Part shown: one piece after another, positions 48,659 through 57,797 of the stretch
How positions within the stretch are numbered: the stretch's first letter is position 1
Layout of the letters: every line of letters begins with the position of its first letter
From: Candidatus Doudnabacteria bacterium
GTDB lineage: Bacteria > Patescibacteriota > Doudnabacteria > UBA920 > O2-02-FULL-48-8
DNA length: 64,000 bases
Assembly (NCBI GenBank): GCA_037200925.1
Contig: JBBCGO010000001.1
Span: 511,698 to 575,697 of the forward strand
Reading direction: 5' to 3'
Position numbers and translations under genes: made by a program
Notes under the pieces: generated by a model
Databases searched by the model: none
Seen by the model: only the letters and a program-made list of their open reading frames with translations
What the model was told of the DNA's origin: nothing

Positions 48659-50395
48659 ATGATGTTGCGCAAGCAACCAACAGCTGTCGCAGCGCGCGCG
48701 CAAAGCGTATCCGACAACAAAGCCACCCTCAAAGTCATTCCGCTCGGCGGGATCGAAGAGGTCGGCGAGAACATGACCGTACTTGAGTACGGTGATGACA
48801 TTCTTGTGATCGATATGGGTCTTGGTTTCCCGGATGAGACTATGCCCGGCATCGATTACATAATCCCAAATACCAAATATTTGGAAGACAATAAAAAAAG
48901 GATCCGCGGAGTGATAATCACCCACGGACATTTGGACCACATCGGCGCCATTCCTTACATCATGCCCAAGATCGGCGATCCGCCTATCTACACCATGAAA
49001 TTGACCGGTGAGCTGATCAAAAAGCGTTTGGAAGAATTCCATCTGCTCGGCAGATCCCAAATCCACGAACTGAACAAGGATGATGTTTTGACTTTGGGCA
49101 ATTTCCGCATCCGATTCTTCCGCATCAACCACAATATTCCGGATGGCGTAGGATTGGCCATCAATACTCCTGCCGGCCTGCTGGTCTATGCCACGGACTG
49201 GAAATTCGACCATACTCCGGTGGACGGACGGCCCACGGAATTCGACAAGCTCGCCAAATTCGGCGGCGAAGGCGTGGCTCTTCTGATGTCCGATTCCACC
49301 AATGCCGAAAAACCCGGGTATTCCATGTCCGAAAGGACTCTGGGCGATACGATCGACCGGATCCTGGCTGACGCCAAGGGCCGAGTGATCTTTGCGACCT
49401 TCTCAACCCTGATCTCCCGCGTCCAGCAAGTGATCGATGCGGCTTTCAAATCAAACCGCAAAATTGTGATCACCGGACGGTCCTTGGTCAACAACGTGGA
49501 GATCTGTCTGGCCACCAATTATCTGAGGATGCCCGCCAAAGGCATGATCATCAAGATGGAACAGGCCCGCAAACTGCCTGACAATCAGGTGGTCATCTTA
49601 ACCACAGGTTCCCAGGGCGAGGAAGCTTCGGCCCTGGCCCGCATTGCCAGATCCGAGCACAAGACAATTGAGATCAAAAAAGGCGATACCTGTGTGGTTT
49701 CAGCATCCCCGATCCCTGGCAACGAGCGCGCAGTTTCAGGCATTCTGTCAAACCTGGCCAGGCTTGGTGCAAAAGTCCTGTATCAAAAAATTCTGGACAT
49801 CCATACCTCGGGACACGCATACCAGGAAGATCTGAAGCTGATGATCTCTCTGACCAAGCCGAAGAACTTCATGCCCATCCACGGCGAGCACCACATGTTG
49901 GTGGCGCATGCCCAGTTGGCCAAAGACGTCGGCGTGCCGGAAGAAAATATATTTATCCTGGATAACGGCCAGATGCTGGAGATGGCAACGACAGGATTGC
50001 ACATCACGGAAGCCAAGATCCCGACCGGCTATGTTTACGTGGACGGCCTGGGAGTGGGCGACGTCGGCGAGGTCGTTTTGCGCGACAGACAGGTCATGAG
50101 CAAAGACGGTATGTTTGTCATCATCATGACCATTGACCGCAAGACCAGCAAACTGACCCAGCCGCCGGATATCATCTCGCGCGGATTCATCTATATGAAA
50201 GGATCCGAAGATCTTCTGAAAGAAGTAAAGCACGAGGTCCGCAAAGTTGTGGAAAGCAAAGGCAAGGGACCGGGAGGCATGCGCGAACCGAACTGGAGTT
50301 TTATCCGTTCGGAGGTCCGCGACCAGATCGGCGAATTCCTGTTCCAAAGAACAGAACGAAGGCCGATGGTCCTGCCGGTAGTAATTGAGGTATAA
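48659..50395 (+). CDS. rnj: Ribonuclease J
   Basis: PLGG.EEVG.NM, THGHLDHIG, TGSQGE, HTSGH, PIHGE, RRPMVLPV. Confidence 0.97.
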   Translation: MMLRKQPTAVAARAQSVSDNKATLKVIPLGGIEEVGENMTVLEYGDDILVIDMGLGFPDETMPGIDYIIPNTKYLEDNKKRIRGVIITHGHLDHIGAIPYIMPKIGDPPIYTMKLTGELIKKRLEEFHLLGRSQIHELNKDDVLTLGNFRIRFFRINHNIPDGVGLAINTPAGLLVYATDWKFDHTPVDGRPTEFDKLAKFGGEGVALLMSDSTNAEKPGYSMSERTLGDTIDRILADAKGRVIFATFSTLISRVQQVIDAAFKSNRKIVITGRSLVNNVEICLATNYLRMPAKGMIIKMEQARKLPDNQVVILTTGSQGEEASALARIARSEHKTIEIKKGDTCVVSASPIPGNERAVSGILSNLARLGAKVLYQKILDIHTSGHAYQEDLKLMISLTKPKNFMPIHGEHHMLVAHAQLAKDVGVPEENIFILDNGQMLEMATTGLHITEAKIPTGYVYVDGLGVGDVGEVVLRDRQVMSKDGMFVIIMTIDRKTSKLTQPPDIISRGFIYMKGSEDLLKEVKHEVRKVVESKGKGPGGMREPNWSFIRSEVRDQIGEFLFQRTERRPMVLPVVIEV

Positions 50396-50399
50396 AACT

Positions 50400-50696
50400 A
50401 TGAGTGAACAAGAACCAAATTTCGAACAACAACTGGAAGCTCTAAAATTCTCTGTACAAACTCTGGGACAGGAATCGGACCCTGTTAAAATTCTGGATAT
50501 GGCCAGAGATCTAATCTCATCTGTGCCTGAGCGGTCAAATAATCTGATGCCTGATTTTATGTCTGACAGGCAAAAATTTATAACAATGTGGGAGCAAGCA
50601 AAAACCGAAGAAAGTAAAACCAAGATCAAACTGCAGCTCAAACAGGGGCTTGAGCGCATTATTGACCGAATGCAACAAAGGCCTAAGGCTGCCTAA
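50400..50696 (+). CDS. Hypothetical helical protein
   Basis: ORF directly after rnj, followed by terminator. Confidence 0.6.
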   Translation: MSEQEPNFEQQLEALKFSVQTLGQESDPVKILDMARDLISSVPERSNNLMPDFMSDRQKFITMWEQAKTEESKTKIKLQLKQGLERIIDRMQQRPKAA

Positions 50697-50702
50697 AAAC
50701 CA

Positions 50703-50728
50703 AACCGCCCAACCGGGCGGTTTTTTTT
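50703..50728 (+). terminator. Rho-independent terminator
   Basis: AACCGCCC-AACC-GGGCGGTT followed by T-run. Confidence 0.75.
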
Positions 50729-50804
50729 ATTGCTTAAATTTATTGACAAAAAATTGTTTTCGCTCATAAAATGCATTATTAGGGACAATCAAAAGGAGTG
50801 TGTG

Positions 50805-51188
50805 ATGGCTCGTGCGAAAGTTCGGCCGTTCCCGAAAACGTTCGTTCGTGACGTTCTGAAGGAGATCGGCTACGTCCCGGGCGTGCGGACAGCTCTGAAG
50901 CGAGGCATCGGTGATTACGGAAGCCGGGGAAGGCGGATTCATAATTTACTGCGATGGGAAGCCGAAAAGTACTTTGTGGACCTGGACCTGCCCGCGATCG
51001 TAACGGTCTTGGATGCGAAAAAACCCAAAACAGTCAAAACGCTGGCTATGCAGATACACAAATATCTGCGTATCGTCAGGCTCTTGATTAGGTACAAGAA
51101 AATTTGGGACGCCGAGGCCCGCAACGAACAGAAAGGCCACAGATTTCAAAAACTGGAAAGAGCGGCAGACAGCACCTCGACTGTCTAA
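50805..51188 (+). CDS. Hypothetical basic protein (ORFan)
   Basis: AAGGAG SD; TTGACA at 50743 upstream. Confidence 0.6.
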   Translation: MARAKVRPFPKTFVRDVLKEIGYVPGVRTALKRGIGDYGSRGRRIHNLLRWEAEKYFVDLDLPAIVTVLDAKKPKTVKTLAMQIHKYLRIVRLLIRYKKIWDAEARNEQKGHRFQKLERAADSTSTV

Positions 51189-51233
51189 CTCATTCCTCTT
51201 TTTTTTATTTATAAATAAGCATATAATACCATT

Positions 51234-52214
51234 ATGAAAGACGTTATTGTTTCGGGAATCCAGCCTACAGGTGAACTGCATATCGGCAACTATCTTGGCT
51301 CGCTAAAAAATTTTGTCGAATTGCAAGACAAATTTGAGTGCTATTTTTTTATTGCAGACCTGCACTCGATCACCGAAGATTACGAGCCGGGCGAAGCTAA
51401 AACAAAACAGATCTTGGATTTAGTGGCCACATTCCTGGCCGCGGGCTTGGATCCCGAAAAATGTACGATCTTTATTCAATCACAAATATCGGCACACGCT
51501 GAGCTTGCCTGGATCTTTAATACTATTGTTCCCATGGGCGAACTTGAACGCATGACGCAATATAAAGACAAAGCTTCCCGCCAGGAAGCTAATATTAACG
51601 TTGGCCTTTTCGATTACCCTGTACTTATGGCGGCTGACATTTTGCTTTACAAAGCCACTTACGTACCTGTCGGCCATGATCAGCTCCAGCATTTGGAATT
51701 GACCAACACTATTGTCAGAAAATTCAACAATAAATTCGGCCAAACTTTCAATGAGATCAAACCTTACATGCAAAAACCGGTGCGGGTCATGAGTCTTTCT
51801 GAACCGGAACGTAAAATGAGCAAATCCGAACCGGGTTCTTTTATAAATATGTTTGACGAACCGGATGTAATCCGCAAAAAACTGGCCAAAGCGGTCACTG
51901 CCACCGATGCGCCGGCAGGTAAAATGCCCAGGGGCGTAAAAAATCTTTTTGACCTGCTCCAGGAATTTGCCGATAAAAAAACTGTTGATGATTTTACCAA
52001 ACAATATCAGGCCGGCGCGATCAAATATTCCGAGTTGAAATCAGAACTGGCCGAATCCCTGATCAAATATTTCGAACCGTTCAGAACCAAAAAGGCGGAA
52101 TTGGAAAAAGACAGCGCAAAACTGCAGACGATCATTACCGAAGGCGCCAAAAAAGCTCAAATTGTCGCAAACCAAACATTAACCGAAGTGAAACAGAAAA
52201 TAGGTTTGATATAA
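51234..52214 (+). CDS. trpS: Tryptophan--tRNA ligase
   Basis: SGIQPTG.LHIGNY, YPVLMAADIL, VPVG.DQ.QH, KMSKS. Confidence 0.98.
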   Translation: MKDVIVSGIQPTGELHIGNYLGSLKNFVELQDKFECYFFIADLHSITEDYEPGEAKTKQILDLVATFLAAGLDPEKCTIFIQSQISAHAELAWIFNTIVPMGELERMTQYKDKASRQEANINVGLFDYPVLMAADILLYKATYVPVGHDQLQHLELTNTIVRKFNNKFGQTFNEIKPYMQKPVRVMSLSEPERKMSKSEPGSFINMFDEPDVIRKKLAKAVTATDAPAGKMPRGVKNLFDLLQEFADKKTVDDFTKQYQAGAIKYSELKSELAESLIKYFEPFRTKKAELEKDSAKLQTIITEGAKKAQIVANQTLTEVKQKIGLI

Positions 52215-52253
52215 ACACGCAGTTAACGCGTGTTCGTGTTTTAAGGGGGGTCT

Positions 52254-52568
52254 ATGAAAGTTTGGATCCAGTGCCGGACTGTTGCTGATGCGGAATTTTT
52301 TGTGCAAGCAGTTATCGAAGGTTATTTTGGAGATCCTCTGGCTTGCCAGATCAGCCCGCTCAACCCCTGTTCTGTGGATGTGAATTTCCATTCGCACCCA
52401 CTTGACGATGAAAAGATTCGAATCATATCCTTCCTGGTCGACTGGGACAGGTATGAAGATGAATCTTGCATCGACGAGCGACACATAGTGAAAACATCCC
52501 TTTTGTTGCCTCCGGATCTAAGGCGAGGAGTTCTTCTTCCTATGCAAGAGCGAAAAAAGACGAACTGA
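52254..52568 (+). CDS. Hypothetical protein (ORFan)
   Basis: G-rich SD; followed by hairpin GACATTCGGC/GTCGAATGTC. Confidence 0.5.
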   Translation: MKVWIQCRTVADAEFFVQAVIEGYFGDPLACQISPLNPCSVDVNFHSHPLDDEKIRIISFLVDWDRYEDESCIDERHIVKTSLLLPPDLRRGVLLPMQERKKTN

Positions 52569-52612
52569 AAACCAACAAAGACATTCGGCGGAAGTCGAAT
52601 GTCCTTCTTTTT

Positions 52613-53959
52613 TTATTTCTGTATTAAATCCAAAAGTTCCTGGGTTTTTTGTTTCAAAGTTTCCGGGTCTTTCGTCTCTAAATTTAACCTGACCAAAGGT
52701 TCGGTATTTGAAGGCCTGACATTTGCCCGCCAGGTCGGGTATTCAATCGAGATCCCATCGATGAAGGAGAGTGAGCCATCTCTAAAATTATGTTTTAACT
52801 TTTCAATTACAGCATTCACATCCGGCACGCTCACACTTGTCTCGTCGATGGCAAAATATTTGGCGAATAAGGGTTCATAGATCTCGCTTAATTTTTTGCC
52901 GGTGTCCGAAAGGATTTCCAAGATCAGCAAAAAAGGGATCAAGCCGTTATCCAGGTAAAAATAGTCTTTGAAAAAATAATGGCCCGACACCTCACCGCCG
53001 AACACGGCATCTTCCGCGATCATGCGCTCTTTAAAAAAACTATGCCCGGTTTTATTCGGCAAAGCCGTTCCTCCGGCCGCATTGACCGTATCGATGATAG
53101 CCCAATTCAGCTTCATGTCCACCACGATCTTGGATTTCGGATATTTTTTCAAAAAATATCCGGCCAGGATCGCCGAAGTAAAATATCCGGAAAGGAATCT
53201 GCCGGTTTCATCGATAAAAAAACACCGGTCCGCATCCGAGTCCCACATTACCCCCAGGTCCGCTTTGTTTTGTTTTACCAAAGCCACGGTTTCGTTCCGA
53301 TTTTCCGGGATCAAAGGATCCGGCCGGCCTTTGGGAAACTCGCCGTTCGGTTCGGCATTGATCACAGTTAAGTCCATCGGCAACTGCTCGGCCAATTTTT
53401 TCAGAACCGGTCCTGTAGTGCCAAAATTGGTATTAGCCACGACACGAAAACGCTTAATTTTAGTTTTATCAATTACGGATAAAACTTTGGCAAGATACTC
53501 GTCCAAAATTTCTTTGGGTTCCACTTTTCCTTTGACTTCTGATTGAAATTTATAGTCATTCAAAACCAGATCGCGGATATCCATGATCCCGCTGTCGCCT
53601 GAAATAGGAACTCCTTTTGCCCGCACCATTTTAAATCCGTTGAATTCGCGGGGATTATGGGAAGCTGTTACTGTCAGTCCTCCATCGTAACCGTAATTGG
53701 CAACCGCAAAATACATCATGTCAGTCGACACAACGCCGATGTCGACGACATTCACTCCGTGATCGATCAACCCCTGCTTAGCCGCTTCCCAAAGCTTGGG
53801 GCCTGAAAGTCTCACATCTCGGCCGAGAGCGACTGTTTTCGGATTTATAAATTTTGCGTAAGCCTGTCCGATTTTATATGCCACCTCTTCGTTTATCTGC
53901 CCGGGATAAATTCCGCGGATGTCGTAAGCTTTAAAAATTGTCGGGTCAATTTTATTCAT
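52613..53959 (-). CDS. Phosphomannomutase/phosphoglucomutase
   Basis: FKAYDIRG, TASHNP, DSDADR, GGEVSGH, RPSNTEP. Confidence 0.95.
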   Translation of the reverse strand: MNKIDPTIFKAYDIRGIYPGQINEEVAYKIGQAYAKFINPKTVALGRDVRLSGPKLWEAAKQGLIDHGVNVVDIGVVSTDMMYFAVANYGYDGGLTVTASHNPREFNGFKMVRAKGVPISGDSGIMDIRDLVLNDYKFQSEVKGKVEPKEILDEYLAKVLSVIDKTKIKRFRVVANTNFGTTGPVLKKLAEQLPMDLTVINAEPNGEFPKGRPDPLIPENRNETVALVKQNKADLGVMWDSDADRCFFIDETGRFLSGYFTSAILAGYFLKKYPKSKIVVDMKLNWAIIDTVNAAGGTALPNKTGHSFFKERMIAEDAVFGGEVSGHYFFKDYFYLDNGLIPFLLILEILSDTGKKLSEIYEPLFAKYFAIDETSVSVPDVNAVIEKLKHNFRDGSLSFIDGISIEYPTWRANVRPSNTEPLVRLNLETKDPETLKQKTQELLDLIQK

Positions 53960-54007
53960 AGCATACAAAGTCTATCAAATATGTATGTAAAATGCTAGAA
54001 TTTGTTC

Positions 54008-55063
54008 ATGTCATTCTCCGTAGGAATTGTTGGCTTACCCAACGTCGGCAAGTCTACTTTATTTAATGCGCTCACGAAGCAGCAGGCAGCTGCTTCGAAT
54101 TTTCCGTTTACCACGATTGATCCGAATGTCGGCGTGATCGCGGTTCCGGATGAACGTTTGGCGAAACTGGCGGCATTGGAAAAATCGGAAAAGATCGTGC
54201 CGACTTCGATTCAATTCGTGGATATTGCCGGATTAGTTAAGGGTGCCGCTCAAGGAGAGGGCTTAGGCAATAAATTTCTCTCACACATCCGTGAAGTGGA
54301 TGCGATCGTGCAAGTGGTGAGGTTTTTTGAAAGTGAAGATATCATCCATGTCGAGGGAACTGTTGATCCTGCGCGCGATATTGAAGTGATCAACATCGAA
54401 TTGATGCTTGCGGATCTGGCTACAGTCAATAAACGGCTGGAAAGTCTGGGAAAAGAGATCAAAAGCGGCAATAAGGAAGCATTGATCCTTAAAACAGCTT
54501 TAGATAAAATCCAAAAAGCTTTGGAAGCAGGAAAACTTGCCCGCGAGGTCAGTTTAACCGAAGAAGAATTGCGGCCGGTCAAACAACTGCAGCTTCTAAC
54601 CATGAAGCCGACGCTTTATGTGGCAAACACTAATGCTTCAAAAGTTAACCCAATGAACGGCATTGAATTTTTACCCATTGATGTTAAAATTGAATCAGAA
54701 TTGGCCGAACTTTCGGATGAGGAGCGTGTGGACTATATGAAAGAGCTTGGCATTTCTGAATCAGGTTTGGATCGCTTGGCAGCCGCTTCTTACAAGTTGC
54801 TTAACTTGATCACCTTTATCACGGCAGGGCCCAAGGAAAGCAAAGCCTGGACGATTGTTGCCGGCACCAAAGCCCCGCAAGCCGCTGGCGTCATCCACAC
54901 TGATTTTGAAAAAGGCTTTATCCGCGCAGAAATAATCCAGTGGGATAAGCTCTTGGAATCCCAAGGTTATGCCGGTGCACGCGACCGCGGCTGGCTGCGC
55001 GTGGAAGGCAAAGAATATGTGATGGCTGACGGAGATGTCGCGCATTTTCGCTTCAATGTCTGA
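54008..55063 (+). CDS. ychF: Ribosome-binding ATPase YchF
   Basis: [48 protein letters not shown]. Confidence 0.98.
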   Translation: MSFSVGIVGLPNVGKSTLFNALTKQQAAASNFPFTTIDPNVGVIAVPDERLAKLAALEKSEKIVPTSIQFVDIAGLVKGAAQGEGLGNKFLSHIREVDAIVQVVRFFESEDIIHVEGTVDPARDIEVINIELMLADLATVNKRLESLGKEIKSGNKEALILKTALDKIQKALEAGKLAREVSLTEEELRPVKQLQLLTMKPTLYVANTNASKVNPMNGIEFLPIDVKIESELAELSDEERVDYMKELGISESGLDRLAAASYKLLNLITFITAGPKESKAWTIVAGTKAPQAAGVIHTDFEKGFIRAEIIQWDKLLESQGYAGARDRGWLRVEGKEYVMADGDVAHFRFNV

Positions 55064-55757
55064 ACAAAAAACAATCTATGCTCTGGGGATAGTCGCTCAT
55101 CCGGATGATGAGTCGTTTCTGTTTGCCGGCACTTGCCTGAAACTGGCTGCTGAAGGCAAAAACATGGCTGTCATCTGCGCAACCAAAGGGGAAAAAGGCG
55201 CGGACCGGCTCAAGCGCAAACTTTCCATGGCGCAAATGGCAAAACTTCGCCAGCTTGAAGGGAAGAAAGCTGCGAAGATAATCAAATTATCCAAATTAGA
55301 ATTTTTTAATTACCCTGACGGCGGATTGGATCGGGTAGATTTCTTGAAACTCACTGCCAGGCTTGCCGAAAAAATTGAAAAATACCGGCCTGAAATTATT
55401 TTAACTTTCGGCAAAGAAGGAATTTCCGGCCACAAGGATCATATTGTGATCGGTAAAGCGACAATTACGGCGGTTAAAAGATCCAAGTACAAACCGCAAA
55501 AAATCCTATTGGCAAGCATTCCCGCCTCGGCCATCAAAGTGTTCAACAAACATTTAATTACCCGGAAAGTTCATCTTTCACATTTTTCGCCGCAAATTCT
55601 GAAAGGCGTTCCCGATAATAACCTTCTGAAAATTGATATACGAAAATACGCCAAACTAAAACACATGACATTAAAAGCCCACGAAAGCCAATTCTTGCCC
55701 TCTTTCGCCCTGGCCGCACTGCAAAAACAAGAATGCTTTGAAGTGATTGTGCCTTGA
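55056..55757 (+). CDS. PIG-L/LmbE family deacetylase
   Basis: AHPDDE, T.GE.G, YPDG, GHKDH, H.SQ. Confidence 0.9.
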   Translation: MSEQKTIYALGIVAHPDDESFLFAGTCLKLAAEGKNMAVICATKGEKGADRLKRKLSMAQMAKLRQLEGKKAAKIIKLSKLEFFNYPDGGLDRVDFLKLTARLAEKIEKYRPEIILTFGKEGISGHKDHIVIGKATITAVKRSKYKPQKILLASIPASAIKVFNKHLITRKVHLSHFSPQILKGVPDNNLLKIDIRKYAKLKHMTLKAHESQFLPSFALAALQKQECFEVIVP

Positions 55758-55862
55758 CGCAAGCTCTTTTACTTGCTAAAATATCAAAGCTTTAACAAAT
55801 CAATAAATTTAAGCACATATTCGGTCCGGGCTTGGCTTGGGCTGATAAAGAAAGGTTTCTTT

Positions 55863-56318
55863 ATGCCAAAATATGAGCTGATGTATATTTTATCTTCAGC
55901 CGTCTCCGACAATGACGTGCCCACTGTCAGTTCAGAGGTCGACAAATTTTTGACTGACAATGGCGCGACGATCCTTACCCAAGAAATGTTGGGCAAGAAA
56001 AAATTGGCCTATCCAATTAAGAAAACCCGGAACGGTTTTTATGTTCTGGAAACTTTTAATATGGAAGGGTCCAAGCTGCAAAGCTTGGACAATAAACTTC
56101 GCTCCATGGAACCGATCATCCGCTATCTGGCCGTGAACGTGGATGATCAGGAACGGCGCGCGATCAAAGACCGGGGCATTCAAGACAAAATGAAAGCCGC
56201 ACGCAAGCCTCAAAAGATCGAAACAGCAACGCCTTTGGTGCCGGAAGTCAAATTGACTGACACTGAACTCGAGAGCAAAATTGAAAAGGCAATTGAATCC
56301 GAAGATCTAGCTAAATAA
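55863..56318 (+). CDS. rpsF: 30S ribosomal protein S6
   Basis: YELMYIL, GKKKLAYPIKK...GFY, IIRYL. Confidence 0.96.
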   Translation: MPKYELMYILSSAVSDNDVPTVSSEVDKFLTDNGATILTQEMLGKKKLAYPIKKTRNGFYVLETFNMEGSKLQSLDNKLRSMEPIIRYLAVNVDDQERRAIKDRGIQDKMKAARKPQKIETATPLVPEVKLTDTELESKIEKAIESEDLAK

Positions 56319-56331
56319 TTAATTCAAATAT

Positions 56332-56799
56332 ATGGACCTGAATAAAGTCATGATCATCGGCCGTCTGACGCGCGACCCGGAAGTCCGCACCACGCCAAGC
56401 GGCGCCAATGTTGCTTCGTTCTCAGTGGCGACCAGCTTTAACTGGACCGACCAGCAGGGGCAGAAAAAAGAACAGACCGAATTCCACAATGTCGTGGCCT
56501 GGCGCAAGCTGGCGGACATTGTCGGACAATACCTGAAAAAAGGAACCCAGGTCTATATCGAAGGGAGGCTTTCGACCACTTCCTGGGACGATAAGACCAG
56601 CGGACAGAAACGCTACCGCACAGAGATCGTGGCTGACAACATGATCATGCTCGCCCGCCCGGGCGGAGCTTCGCAAACGGGTTCGGGCAGTTACACTCCG
56701 CCTGCATCTACGCCCAATCAAACACGTTTGGCCGAACAGCCGGAACCCAAATCCGACATTCCGGAAATTCAAATTGACGACTCTGATATTCCTTTTTAA
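56332..56799 (+). CDS. ssb: Single-stranded DNA-binding protein
   Basis: NKVMIIGRLTRDPE, TEFHNVVAW, C-terminal DIPF. Confidence 0.98.
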   Translation: MDLNKVMIIGRLTRDPEVRTTPSGANVASFSVATSFNWTDQQGQKKEQTEFHNVVAWRKLADIVGQYLKKGTQVYIEGRLSTTSWDDKTSGQKRYRTEIVADNMIMLARPGGASQTGSGSYTPPASTPNQTRLAEQPEPKSDIPEIQIDDSDIPF

Positions 56800-56817
56800 T
56801 AATTAGAAATTTACATT

Positions 56818-57042
56818 ATGGCAGCCCCAATAAATAATATTAAAAAACCTTGCCTGTTCTGCACGGAAAAGATCTCTTTCGTGGATTACAAAGACACGCA
56901 ATTCATGCGCCGGTTCATGAGCCCGCATGCCAAAATTTTGTCGTCTAAAAAAACAGGCACTTGCGCCAAGCATCAGCGGATGGTATCAACCGCACTGAAG
57001 CGCGCCCGCCACATGGCACTGTTGCCATTCGTGAGCTCTTAA
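56818..57042 (+). CDS. rpsR: 30S ribosomal protein S18
   Basis: CLFC..VDYKD, KTGTCAKHQR, KRAR.MALLPF. Confidence 0.97.
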   Translation: MAAPINNIKKPCLFCTEKISFVDYKDTQFMRRFMSPHAKILSSKKTGTCAKHQRMVSTALKRARHMALLPFVSS

Positions 57043-57046
57043 ATTA

Positions 57047-57173
57047 ATTACGAAAAAATTGAGTCGCAGTTCCGACTTGTCGGGACGAGAACAATTTTTT
57101 CGAGAGGAGCAATATGTAGACCGGAGCATAATCGCTGAAAGCGATTTGCGAAGTGTCTACCAATTGTGACGAA
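57047..57173 (+). repeat. Structured leader element family 1, copy B (abuts efp ATG)
   Basis: Hairpin, then AGAGGAGCAATATGTAGAC CGGAGCA[hairpin]TGCGAAGT GTCTAC CAATTGTGACG-AA-ATG. Confidence 0.85.
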
Positions 57174-57746
57174 ATGGCAGTTTTAGATTTTTCCGATCTC
57201 AAAGGGACGGGCCAGATCATCAAATATAACGGCGAACCCTACCAGATCATCTGGTCAAATTTTATGCGCACCGCGCAAAGAAAACCGGTGATCCAAGCTA
57301 AACTGAGAAACCTCATGACAGGCAAGGTCATGGAGTACTCATTTAAATACGGCGAAAAGATCCCTGAGGCTGACGTCATCAAACGAAAATGCCAATATCT
57401 CTACGCTGACGATGAGGGCGCACATTTCATGAACCCGGAAACCTTTGAAACCATCATGGTGCCGAAAGTCCTGGTGGAGGACCAGGTTAAATTTCTCAAA
57501 GAAGGCACAGATACCACGATCATGTTTTTTGAGGATAAGCCGATCGCGCTGGACCTGCCGGTCAAGATAGACCTCAAAGTCACGGAAACCGCGCCCGGCG
57601 TGAAAGGCGATACTGCCACGGGCGGCACGAAGCCCGCGACACTGGAAACCGGCCACGTGGTCAATGTGCCGCTGTTCATCAAAGAAGGCGATACGGTCAG
57701 AGTAGATACAAGGTCCGGTAATTACGTCGAAAGAGCTTCGCAATAA
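57174..57746 (+). CDS. efp: Elongation factor P
   Basis: QYLY, FMNPETFE, PGVKGDTA.GG.KPATLETG, VPLFIKEG..V.VDTR.G.YVER. Confidence 0.97.
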   Translation: MAVLDFSDLKGTGQIIKYNGEPYQIIWSNFMRTAQRKPVIQAKLRNLMTGKVMEYSFKYGEKIPEADVIKRKCQYLYADDEGAHFMNPETFETIMVPKVLVEDQVKFLKEGTDTTIMFFEDKPIALDLPVKIDLKVTETAPGVKGDTATGGTKPATLETGHVVNVPLFIKEGDTVRVDTRSGNYVERASQ

Positions 57747-57756
57747 TAATTTAATA

Positions 57757-57787
57757 AAAAACCGCCTCGTACATACGAGGCGGTTTT
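57757..57787. terminator. Bidirectional terminator between efp and the surface protein gene
   Basis: AAAACCGCCTCGTA-CA-TACGAGGCGGTTTT. Confidence 0.8.
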
Positions 57788-57797
57788 ATTGCTATTA

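Noticed and set aside
55820-55845. S6:S18 autoregulatory leader before rpsF
   Set aside because: Only a GU-rich hairpin is visible; the consensus cannot be confirmed by eye.
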